DNA of 64,000 nucleotides, taken from IMG/VR virus record IMGVR_UViG_3300022747_000014; one strand, written 5' to 3'. The number at the start of each line of letters is the position of its first letter. Position 1 is the first letter of the stretch. Source of the DNA: a virus. Its lineage: Duplodnaviria > Heunggongvirae > Uroviricota > Caudoviricetes. The position numbers and the translations under genes were made by a program. Under the pieces are notes generated by a model. It was given only the letters and a program-made list of their open reading frames with translations. It was not told the DNA's origin and did not search any database. Positions 1 through 7,883 of the stretch are shown in pieces.

Positions 1-120
1 CCTATATATGAGTATTCTTGGCGTAAGTCAAAGCGGGAGAAGAAGCCTAGTATCTGCAGATGCGAAAGTTTCAGAGCTTGACTCCTCCTAGGCCTGCATT
101 TGAGAGTGCTCTTATATAAG

Positions 121-195
121 CTGGCGTTAGTACAATGGATAGTACAGTAAGCTTCTACCTTACGAATGTGGGTTCGATTCCTGCACGCCGGACCA
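121..195 (+). tRNA. tRNA-Arg (anticodon TCT), CCA encoded
   Basis: Cloverleaf by eye: acceptor CTGGCGT/ACGCCGG (one G-U), D-stem GTAC/GTAC, anticodon stem GTAAG/CTTAC, loop CTTCTAC, T-arm GTGGG-TTCGATT-CCTGC, discriminator A, CCA at 193-195. Confidence 0.55.
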
Positions 196-252
196 AATCT
201 ATATCAACTTTGATTTTGTATAAATACTTAAAATCCCCGGAGATATAATCTA

Positions 253-1200
253 ATGGAAAACAGTAACAAAATCAAATGGCTTATTGCCCACGAACCCGTA
301 GACCTATTTTTACGCACTGCTAAAGCGTTTGCAGCAGAAGTAAAAGCAGCTACAGCAGGACAAGTAGATATTGAAATCTACACAGCCAAGGAATTTGCAG
401 ACAAATTTAATGGTGGCCTAATAGAAAACCCAATGGTTTATATGGAACGTGGCCAACTTGAAATGAGCCAGTTGCATATTAGCCAGCTTTGGAAATGGAA
501 TGTTCCTGCGTTTATGGCGCTAGAAATGCCGTTTTTATTCACAGATCACGAGCATGCAACCCGTGTACTAGAAGGTGAAATTGGACAGGGCATGTTAACT
601 GAGCTTAAAGAAAAAAGCCCAGCACGTGGTTTGGCATTTACATACAGCGGCGGCTTCCGCATTGTTGCTAGCGACAAAGAAATTAACAACCTAGCAGACT
701 TTAAGAATCTAAGTTTCTACACTGGCACGAACCCAATTGGCATTGATACAATCGAAGCTATTGGTGGCCAACCAGATCCGCATGCAATTGAGGATTACTG
801 GAGTTCTATTCACACAGAAGGCGACTGCCACGATGCAGTTGATACAACGGTCCCTCGTTTACTAGCAACAGTTAATAAGAGTAAAAAACGTTACATCACC
901 GACACTAAACACAGCTTGTTCTTAACTAGCATTATTGTCAGTGAAAAGTTCTGGAGTAGTTTGTCTGATACACTCAAAGATAACCTAGGCCAAGCTGCAT
1001 TTAATGCTGCACGTTTAGAGCGCAAATGGAGTGTTGAAGATTCTGAGCGCATTGCACAAGAAGGCCAACAAGCCGGTGTGCAATATAAAGAACTAAGTGA
1101 AGTTGAAATGATGAAGTTCCGTGCATTAACAGAGCCGTTGTACACCAAGTACCAATCTGTGTTTATGCCTGGATTGATTGACAGCATTCGTCGCAGTTAA
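253..1200 (+). CDS. hypothetical protein; possible periplasmic solute-binding-like fold (DctP/TRAP-like?); paralog of 7884-8843
   Basis: 315-aa ORF with GGAG RBS at 238-241. Clear paralogy to ORF 7884-8843 (shared HEP..LF.RTAKAF, DH.HATRVL.GEIG, GLAFTYSGGFR motifs). Fold assignment is only a guess. Confidence 0.7.
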   Translation: MENSNKIKWLIAHEPVDLFLRTAKAFAAEVKAATAGQVDIEIYTAKEFADKFNGGLIENPMVYMERGQLEMSQLHISQLWKWNVPAFMALEMPFLFTDHEHATRVLEGEIGQGMLTELKEKSPARGLAFTYSGGFRIVASDKEINNLADFKNLSFYTGTNPIGIDTIEAIGGQPDPHAIEDYWSSIHTEGDCHDAVDTTVPRLLATVNKSKKRYITDTKHSLFLTSIIVSEKFWSSLSDTLKDNLGQAAFNAARLERKWSVEDSERIAQEGQQAGVQYKELSEVEMMKFRALTEPLYTKYQSVFMPGLIDSIRRS

Positions 1201-1228
1201 TCTTTCCGTCTCCTAGTCAGAATTAAAT

Positions 1229-1672
1229 ATGAATATGATTCCTCTGTTTAATTCTGATTCTTTATCCGCACAACGGATAGTGCTGTTTTCAGTTAGCCGC
1301 ATACCAAGCAGTGCAACTATAAAACAAATCAAGGAATTTGATAGTTTATATAACGAGTTCGTCAATTTGGGAATTAACGACATTTATTGCTTGACCTTAA
1401 ATGAAGAACTGTTATATAATATGCTTTTGCCAAAGTTGTCAAACAAGATTAAATTTGTTTCGGGAATTGAACAGGTTATAGATTTGTTCAACAAACGAGG
1501 CAACATTGAGTTTTTAAAACAGTATTGGCATTTTGTGTCTATACTTGACAATTTTCGAATTGAACAGTATAATGAACAACCTTTCAAGGAAAAGTTAGGA
1601 ACTGATACAAACGTTTCGTTTTACAGTGAAATTTCTCCAAGAAAGTTGTTAACGCAGTTGACACAAAATTAA
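1229..1672 (+). CDS. hypothetical protein
   Basis: 147-aa ORF, AT-rich, directly follows the upstream gene. Confidence 0.5.
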   Translation: MNMIPLFNSDSLSAQRIVLFSVSRIPSSATIKQIKEFDSLYNEFVNLGINDIYCLTLNEELLYNMLLPKLSNKIKFVSGIEQVIDLFNKRGNIEFLKQYWHFVSILDNFRIEQYNEQPFKEKLGTDTNVSFYSEISPRKLLTQLTQN

Positions 1673-2022
1673 ATCTGTGTAATAATACACACATGTTAAG
1701 AAATTAACAAACGTTCTTTAAAAATTTGTTTTGATGTAAAGTAAGCAGGCGTACCACGCTAATAGGTTGCGTGACTCTTGCTGAAAATCCGGTCCAGATA
1801 GAAAGCTGGGCACTCTTGTGTAGTTTGTAAGAGACTACAGTGGCGTCTAACACCTATGAGTTAGAAACGATCTATTCCACGTAGCAATACGCAGGAAGAA
1901 GGATTGCAATAGAGTAGAGTAACACTCAACTGGTTGCATGAGGGTCAACTAAAAGACGCAAGTCTTACCCGTAGCCTTGTAAGCAGGCGAAAGAGGCATC
2001 AAAACAAATTTCCAAGTAACTG

Positions 2023-2051
2023 TTGACAGCAAATGAAAAGTTTGCTACAAT
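2023..2051 (+). promoter_or_regulatory. sigma70-type promoter (TTGACA-17 nt-TACAAT)
   Basis: Perfect -35 TTGACA (2023-2028), 17-nt spacer, -10 TACAAT (2046-2051). Sits inside the ORF-free region and faces the downstream structured sequence. Confidence 0.6.
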
Positions 2052-2929
2052 AGAAGCTTAGTTAGACATTGTGCTAACTAACAAAGTTCTTTAAAATTGT
2101 TAACGTATAAGTTCTTATACACATGCACATAGAGGTTCTGCGTCGAAAACAGAATTGATGTGATAGTAAGCAGGTTCGAAACTGTTTGCTATAAGGCAAC
2201 ATGCACTTTCTTAAAATAAGTGCAGCAGGTTTCGATTCCTGCGTGTGTGCAGATGTATAAGAATTTAATCTTTATTGTTTCGAGTATTTGCTCCAAGCGG
2301 TTATCAGAACAGGTTGACGGAAGCCTAACTACTGTCAACAAAGTCTGGGTACAATGAGGTAACGAACTCGTACACCGTGGGAGGTTTAAGTTAGGCCTTA
2401 CTCCTGTGTAAGTACTCGAAACAATAAAGATTTAAGGGCAGTTTAATGTCCTGCAAAGAGTATGGTTCGCCCAGCTTGATGCGAAGAATAACTGTGGTGA
2501 CACAGCCAAAGGAGGTATGCCTACATAACTCCGCTAGCAATAGTTCATTTAGACAAGCCTGCTCACTCCTGTGAGGGAGCGTTCACTCAGCGACGGGTGG
2601 ATGTAACAGTGACGCAAAGTGCATAGGGAAGAACGCTTGCTTAAACGCCTGAGATTGCATCAAGGGGAACGTTAGTAGGTGGAAAGTAACAGGTGGTGCT
2701 GACTTCTATGCGAAACCAACTTTGTTAATTGGTATGAGAAAGGGTAGTGTATTGGTTCGAAGGGTTGCACCTAAGAGCTCGTATGCAGTTTTAGTGGGTG
2801 GTGGCTGTAGTAATGCAGACGCTGGTCGCGAAAGACGACTGATTACTCCGCAAGAGGAAAGGTACGTGGTGTGTTGTATTGTGTAGAGCCAAAACTTTAC
2901 GCAGCAACTGAGTCAGCACATCGCAGTAG
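2052..2929 (+). ncRNA. candidate large structured non-coding RNA(s) downstream of the strong promoter (function unknown)
   Basis: No ORF of 60 aa or more in six frames across 1673-4014. Promoter immediately upstream. Long perfect inverted repeat, multiple hairpins, T-arm-like GGTTCGAAAC / GGTTTCGATTCC mimics. Flanked by tRNAs. Confidence 0.3.
2266..2433. repeat. long inverted repeat (20 bp or more, perfect) enclosing ~120 nt
   Basis: aatctttattgtttcgagta (2269-2288) is the exact reverse complement of tactcgaaacaataaagatt (2414-2433). Confidence 0.7.
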
Positions 2930-3001
2930 GTTGATATAGTTCATTGGTAGAACATCTGTCTCTTAAACAGAATGCGGTGGGTTCGATTCTCACTATCATT
3001 A
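2930..3001 (+). tRNA. tRNA-Lys (anticodon CTT)
   Basis: Acceptor GTTGATA/TATCATT (one U-U mismatch at 2:71), D-arm GTTC-ATTGGTA-GAAC, anticodon stem TCTGT/ACAGA, loop CTCTTAA, T-arm GTGGG-TTCGATT-CTCAC. CCA not encoded. Confidence 0.5.
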
Positions 3002-3075
3002 AAACGCAAAGACTGACTCGGTCATATGTGAAAAGCATCTAATACTAGACACGCAAGTGAATCTAGTCAGACGTA

Positions 3076-3279
3076 ACTCGCAAGGTGAAATCTGTTTATG
3101 CAGGAAGTTTCGTAGTTCGCAAGACTTAATGGCTCGCAAGGTCAACGGGATAGAAAGCATAGAATAGCATGTGACGACAAGCCTACTGCCTGGCTTTAAA
3201 AACGGCGATGCTGACAGCAGACTAGATTACATAGCAATATGGATTTAGTGGAAGTCGGAAGAAAGCAGACTCGCAAGGT
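3076..3279 (+). repeat. three copies of the motif (A/G)CTCGCAAGGT, plus a nearby GCAA-capped hairpin
   Basis: actcgcaaggt 3076-3086, gctcgcaaggt 3132-3142, actcgcaaggt 3269-3279. Hairpin ACTAGA-CAC-GCAA-GTG-AA-TCTAGT at 3045-3066. Confidence 0.5.
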
Positions 3280-3547
3280 TTGTAATAATGTCCGAGGTGT
3301 TGTTGGGAGAGATGTATTCTCAGTCCTCCACTTATATGCAAACACATTGTATTCAGTTAGACTCTGATAGCACTTGGGACGCTGGGTGCATAGCCAGCAG
3401 TGTGTTTACATATAAGTTTTTTGAGTAGTGACGCCTTTAGCGAGGGAGCCTAGTGTAGTACGGATTGTTCTTCGGTGCTATACGACACGGTCACGCTGTT
3501 GAAGAGTAAGAGAACATGAGCGACAGCCCACTACTCAAAGAATTTAT

Positions 3548-3623
3548 GCACGGTTGGCAGAGCGATTATGCGCTGGATTGCAAACCCGGTATGAGGTAGG
3601 TTTGACTCCTACACCGTGCTCCA
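3548..3623 (+). tRNA. tRNA-Cys (anticodon GCA), CCA encoded
   Basis: Acceptor GCACGGT/ACCGTGC, anticodon loop TTGCAAA, T-arm GTAGG-TTTGACT-CCTAC, discriminator T, CCA. Aligns position by position with E. coli tRNA-Cys from memory, including its unusual D-arm (GCGATTATGCGCTGG vs GCGGTTATGTAGCGG). Confidence 0.7.
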
Positions 3624-3960
3624 ATTTTGAGAACCTGTAGCTTGCTGCCCTGAGTAGCAAGTAACCGAAAGGGTAAGACAGAGTGACGAGATCTACGTCA
3701 ACAGGAAGCTCATTTTAGTTTTGCTAGTTTCTTAAAACTAGCTGTGGCGTGTGGAGATGAGAGATTGCACATTCAATAAGCCCTTGAAAAGCTATATTGA
3801 AATACAATCGTGATCCAGTGCTCCGAGATGAATTTGCATTAAATTGCTTGTTTGTTGATGCTCGGCGATATTGGTATCCTCTGCTTGTTGTATTTTGCTT
3901 TAGAAAACAGTTGCCTTGAAAATCAACTAGATCTAATGTACTTTGCACATTGTCCCGCAA

Positions 3961-3990
3961 TTGACTTGCCATACGTTGCACCCCTATTAA
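3961..3990 (+). promoter_or_regulatory. putative sigma70-like promoter upstream of ORF 4015
   Basis: TTGACT (3961-3966), 18 nt, TATTAA (3985-3990). RBS AAAGGAA 4001-4007. Confidence 0.35.
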
Positions 3991-4014
3991 AATCAAACAG
4001 AAAGGAACTCGATT

Positions 4015-4581
4015 ATGAAATTTACACTTCGCAAAGCAAACGCCCTACAAAACACAATCCAGGAACACATCAAGACGATCGACATCGCACTGACAGTTTC
4101 CCTTAACGAGTTCCAAAGTACCACTTCGGTGATGAACACAGCACGTGAAACTCTGGTCCGCAACGATGCCAAGCGCACACAGTTGACCAAGGCCCTGTAT
4201 GGCATCCGTGCAAAGGTTGGTCGTGCCAACGTTGAAGCTGGTGTTGCAGATCTGCTTACAGACGCTGCATTCATTGACAAGCGTTTGGGCTTTTTGAAAA
4301 GCCTAACTGAGAGCAAGGTTGTTGAAGACACAGCAGTGCTTGAAGGCAAGCTAGAGAAGCTTCGCACACAGGACAAAAATAGCCGCTTATACGGTTACAA
4401 CGACACAGTTGACACTGGCGTGCTTGAAGCAGGTCAGATTGAAGGTTACAAAGCAGAAATGCGTGACCTGAAGAAACAGAAACAAAGCATCAACGACAAG
4501 GTGTTGGAACTTAACGTTCGCACTGAGATTGAGTTGGATGCAGATACCGTTTCTTTGCTACAGGCAGAGCAACTGGTATAA
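4015..4581 (+). CDS. hypothetical protein (predicted coiled-coil)
   Basis: 188-aa ORF with RBS. Followed 8 nt later by a tRNA cluster. Confidence 0.6.
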   Translation: MKFTLRKANALQNTIQEHIKTIDIALTVSLNEFQSTTSVMNTARETLVRNDAKRTQLTKALYGIRAKVGRANVEAGVADLLTDAAFIDKRLGFLKSLTESKVVEDTAVLEGKLEKLRTQDKNSRLYGYNDTVDTGVLEAGQIEGYKAEMRDLKKQKQSINDKVLELNVRTEIELDADTVSLLQAEQLV

Positions 4582-4588
4582 ATATCGA

Positions 4589-4667
4589 AGCAGGGTAGAG
4601 GAGTTCGGACGTCCTCGCCAGTCTCATAAGCTGGAGATCGCAGGTTCAAATCCTGCCCTTGCAACCA
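4589..4667 (+). tRNA. tRNA-Met/Ile2 (anticodon CAT), CCA encoded
   Basis: Acceptor AGCAGGG/CCTTGCA with A1:A72 mismatch, D-arm GAGG...CCTC, anticodon stem CCAGT/GCTGG, loop CTCATAA, T-arm GCAGG-TTCAAAT-CCTGC, A73, CCA. No three G-C pairs at the base of the anticodon stem, so elongator rather than initiator type. Confidence 0.6.
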
Positions 4668-4673
4668 AACAGT

Positions 4674-4748
4674 GCCTTGTTAGCTCAGGGGTAGAGCGTC
4701 TCGTTTACACCGAGAGGGTCGGCAGTTCGAAACTGTCACAAGGTACCA
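4674..4748 (+). tRNA. tRNA-Val (anticodon TAC), CCA encoded
   Basis: Acceptor GCCTTGT/ACAAGGT, D-arm GCTC-AGGGGTA-GAGC, anticodon stem TCTCG/CGAGA, loop TTTACAC, T-arm GGCAG-TTCGAAA-CTGTC, A73, CCA. Confidence 0.7.
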
Positions 4749-4753
4749 AATAT

Positions 4754-4827
4754 GCGGGATTAGTTTAGTGGTAAAACGCCATCCTTCCAAGTTGAAGTTG
4801 CGAGTTCGATTCTCGCATCCCGCTCCA
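4754..4827 (+). tRNA. tRNA, probably Gly (anticodon TCC); anticodon arm irregular
   Basis: Acceptor GCGGGAT/ATCCCGC perfect, D-arm GTTT-AGTGGTA-AAAC, T-arm GCGAG-TTCGATT-CTCGC, T73, CCA. Anticodon region CCATCCTTCCAAGTTGA gives only a weak 5-bp stem, or a 4-bp stem CTTC/GAAG with a 6-nt loop. Confidence 0.5.
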
Positions 4828-4877
4828 TAATTTCATAATCTGGGTACTTTTTAATCATTGATGATAAGTACGTTTGT

Positions 4878-5312
4878 ATGTTATCGATTATCACTGACAC
4901 CCAACACCCAATACTTGATTACATCAAGGACGACCCTGTTCGCCCAGAAATCCCAAAAGAATTCCGGGTGAGTGGTAAACGGTTTGTTAGTGCATTGGTC
5001 AACGAAAAGCCTCGTGCAATAGTTTGTGTAAGTTTACATGACTTTGTTCCGGCAGCAGTAGAAGACTTATCACAAGAAACCGAACAACCAACAACAGCAA
5101 TTTTCTACACAATCTGGAGTTATGCTCCTGGCGCAGGTTTAGAATTGCTTCGCGAAACTGTAAACGAGATACGTAGTAGATTCCCGTACATCACTAGATT
5201 TGTTACACTAAGCCCAAAGACAGAAATGGCACGCCGTTTCCATCTTAAAAATGGTGCTTTTGTAATGCGTGAAAACGAAAATACAGTGAATTACGAGTAC
5301 CTGTTAATATAA
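4878..5312 (+). CDS. hypothetical protein
   Basis: 144-aa ORF followed by an intrinsic terminator. Confidence 0.55.
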   Translation: MLSIITDTQHPILDYIKDDPVRPEIPKEFRVSGKRFVSALVNEKPRAIVCVSLHDFVPAAVEDLSQETEQPTTAIFYTIWSYAPGAGLELLRETVNEIRSRFPYITRFVTLSPKTEMARRFHLKNGAFVMRENENTVNYEYLLI

Positions 5313-5328
5313 AGTATTACAGTCCACC

Positions 5329-5359
5329 AAACCTGCCTTAGGGCAGGTTTTCTCTTTTG
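5329..5359 (+). terminator. rho-independent terminator
   Basis: AACCTGCC-TTAG-GGCAGGTT stem-loop followed by TTCTCTTTT. Confidence 0.7.
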
Positions 5360-5388
5360 TGCTATAATACTTTATTGAAAGGACGATT

Positions 5389-5982
5389 ATGCCAGCAAAT
5401 TTTTTAGTAAGTGACACACACTTTGGACACATGGGCGTATGTAAGTTTATGCGTAACGATGATCCAACGGTTAAGTTACGTCCGTGGGACAGTCCTGAAG
5501 AGATGGACGAGGAAATGATCCGCCGTTGGAACGACACTGTGCGCCCTAACGATAAAGTCTATCACTTAGGTGACGTTGTTATTAACCGCAAGGCCTTGGG
5601 TACATTACGCCGTTTGAATGGCGATAAAGTGTTGATCAAGGGCAACCACGATATTTTTCGCTTGGAAGAATACACAGAACACTTTCGCGATGTGCGCGGA
5701 TACCATGTATTGAACGGAATGATCTTAAGCCACATTCCTTTGCATGAAGAATCTTTGGGCCGGTTTGGGGTTAACATCCATGGGCACTTGCATGATCGCC
5801 GTGTTATGAAAACCACATGGGGAGGTGCTCGTCGAGAAATTGACACACGTTATCACTGCGTTTGTGTTGAACAGACCGACTTTGCACCTATTTTGTTTGA
5901 AGACGTTATCAAGCGTATTGAAGCCGAAGGCGGCACTGTTGGCATGAAAAGCAGGTCTGAGGCCTACGGCACAGCAATGTAA
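5389..5982 (+). CDS. calcineurin-like metallophosphoesterase
   Basis: Motifs DTHFGH (aa 9-14), GDVV, GNHD, GHLH typical of the metallophosphoesterase fold. Confidence 0.65.
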   Translation: MPANFLVSDTHFGHMGVCKFMRNDDPTVKLRPWDSPEEMDEEMIRRWNDTVRPNDKVYHLGDVVINRKALGTLRRLNGDKVLIKGNHDIFRLEEYTEHFRDVRGYHVLNGMILSHIPLHEESLGRFGVNIHGHLHDRRVMKTTWGGARREIDTRYHCVCVEQTDFAPILFEDVIKRIEAEGGTVGMKSRSEAYGTAM

Positions 5983-5984
5983 CG

Positions 5985-7280
5985 TTAGTAGACGGCTAAC
6001 CGTCCTTGAATACAATGAACATACTTGTTCTGATCATTTCTTGCGGCAGTTAGTGCGTCTAATTGTTTTACTGCACCTATAGACGGAATATTGCATTCTC
6101 CTATATAGTAAAACGGACTCATAAACCAAGCTATGTTTATCTTATTGCCTTTAACAGGGATAACGTATTTTTCATTGATGTTGTTTAAAATGTAATTAAC
6201 ACCGGCTTGCCACACTTGATATTCTTTTGTATTTTTGCAGTTCTGATGGAACCAATAATCCATTTCATTGAATACATTGTTTGTTGGCTTTGCCACTTGA
6301 AACGTATTGCAATCGTAGTCTGGGTAAATGATACTTTTTATAACATGCTCGTATAGCGTTCTATTTGCAAAATCGTTATTGGGCCAATTTAATGTTCTTT
6401 GGAACTGGTAATTCTGTGGCATAGAAAACCACTTCTTAACAGTGTGTGCCTGTTTACATAAAAGATCGCATGCGTCGGGGCTCCAGTAAAACAATTCGTT
6501 GGTTACATTGGTGTAGTCACCAATGTTAGAGTCAGTAAAAGCAGCCGGGAAATCAGCAAAATAAATCCAAAATTTTCCGTCTTTAACACATATGCGGGGT
6601 TTATCTACTCCGTATACTATTGCAATTTTTAAATCTTTGTCAGCATCTCGTTTGTGATCGTCGATACCAAAGTTTGTGTGCTTAAATGCATGTCCGGGCT
6701 GCAAAAAATGTTTAGTTCTAAGTACCCACGACTCATCTTCTGCGTTTTCAATTTGATCAGTGTAGTCATGTACTACTACTTTTGTTGCTGGGAAATTGGT
6801 TTTAATCCAGTGTAACAGCGGTTTTGCTGCAAAATCCCATTCGCTTAACGTATTTTCCGGAGTAGTGTCCCATGCATCTGATGTTGCATTTTTGTCTCCT
6901 TTTTTGGGATATCTAAACACAACCTCATCTAGGTGAATACCGTTTAATAAAAAACTATAAATTACAGTTGTACTATCACCACCACCGCTAGCTTCAACTC
7001 GGATGTAATCGTACTGATCTCTTAATTGTTGTGCACGTCTTCGATACAATTCTTGCAACGATTCTTCGGGTTCAATATGCCATGGATACGAAACAAAGGT
7101 CTGCTCGTTGAACATCCACTTGATGGTCTGCCCATTTAAAAATGTGCTGGCACCAGTGCTATTTCTTTCACTGAGCATAGCGTGATACTTGTTGTAATAT
7201 ATTTCGTTGTTATAAATGAAATACCCAAGTTTTTTATTTGTTTCTAGATTCACACCTAGAAATGTGGCATGTTCTTTCAT
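5985..7280 (-). CDS. PP-loop ATP pyrophosphatase superfamily protein (PAPS-reductase/QueC/TilS-like N-type ATPase)
   Basis: 431-aa ORF containing the SGGGDS PP-loop signature (VEASGGGDSTTVIYSFLL). Confidence 0.6.
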   Translation of the reverse strand: MKEHATFLGVNLETNKKLGYFIYNNEIYYNKYHAMLSERNSTGASTFLNGQTIKWMFNEQTFVSYPWHIEPEESLQELYRRRAQQLRDQYDYIRVEASGGGDSTTVIYSFLLNGIHLDEVVFRYPKKGDKNATSDAWDTTPENTLSEWDFAAKPLLHWIKTNFPATKVVVHDYTDQIENAEDESWVLRTKHFLQPGHAFKHTNFGIDDHKRDADKDLKIAIVYGVDKPRICVKDGKFWIYFADFPAAFTDSNIGDYTNVTNELFYWSPDACDLLCKQAHTVKKWFSMPQNYQFQRTLNWPNNDFANRTLYEHVIKSIIYPDYDCNTFQVAKPTNNVFNEMDYWFHQNCKNTKEYQVWQAGVNYILNNINEKYVIPVKGNKINIAWFMSPFYYIGECNIPSIGAVKQLDALTAARNDQNKYVHCIQGRLAVY

Positions 7281-7283
7281 GGA

Positions 7284-7808
7284 TTAATAATTTTCGCAGT
7301 GGTAGTTGAGTAAGAATTCTTTAACTTCGTTAAATGAAGCATCTCCGGGTCGTAGAGCTAGGATAAATCTAGGGTTGTTGCTGTAATTTATCACTGAATG
7401 CTCAAATGTGGTATTAAGTAACGCAGGGTACATTGGTTTATATATACACCTAGATATGTTGTACGTCAGTCTATTTTCAGTGGGCTCTCGTGCTAGAGTT
7501 AAATAGTCATTATCGTCAGACAGCATAAAGTTAATTGAACATTGACGATCAGTGTCCCTATGCCAGTCGTATGTTGTGTTGGGGCGATTTTGATAATAGT
7601 TAGCTCTTTGTACACCGCCGAATCTTTTATTCAAATCTTGATAAAATTTACTGTTTATAAAACTGCTAGGGCAACGGAAAACTCTACCTCGAGCCTCAGG
7701 AGTTTCGGGCGGGGTAAAATACTGTCCTGATAGTGCTTCGGTCCTATAAAAATCGTCTAGTCGTGGCAAATGTGTAAACTGACAAAAAGTATATTCAGGG
7801 TCTAGCAT
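7284..7808 (-). CDS. hypothetical protein, possible HxD...H oxygenase-like
   Basis: 174-aa ORF immediately upstream of, and co-oriented with, the PP-loop gene. Contains WHRDTD (HxD) and a later FEHS histidine. Assignment weak. Confidence 0.45.
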   Translation of the reverse strand: MLDPEYTFCQFTHLPRLDDFYRTEALSGQYFTPPETPEARGRVFRCPSSFINSKFYQDLNKRFGGVQRANYYQNRPNTTYDWHRDTDRQCSINFMLSDDNDYLTLAREPTENRLTYNISRCIYKPMYPALLNTTFEHSVINYSNNPRFILALRPGDASFNEVKEFLLNYHCENY

Positions 7809-7883
7809 AAATATATTTATAGGGCTTTAGCGACTATTAAATAAATATAGTTAGCTTTAACCGCATCATAAAAGGATCCTACA

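Noticed and set aside
1-120. Possible additional tRNA or RNA 3' end upstream of tRNA-Arg
   Set aside because: No convincing cloverleaf; the sequence is truncated by the window edge.
891-1187. Antisense ORF within paralog A (also 8255-8443 and 8751-8990 within paralog B)
   Set aside because: They sit opposite conserved paralogous coding sequence and are likely spurious.
2163-2250. T-arm-like sequences GCAGGTTCGAAACTG and GCAGGTTTCGATTCCTGC considered as additional tRNAs or a split/intron-containing tRNA
   Set aside because: I could not build a complete cloverleaf. There is no D-arm, the second T-loop has 8 nt, and the candidate acceptor pairing lies 130 nt away. I record them as tRNA-like fragments within the putative ncRNA rather than genes.
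3724-4376. Short overlapping ORFs 3724-3996(-), 3852-4106(+), 3993-4376(-)
   Set aside because: They fall in the non-coding spacer/promoter region or antisense to the well-supported 4015-4581 gene, and lack an RBS.
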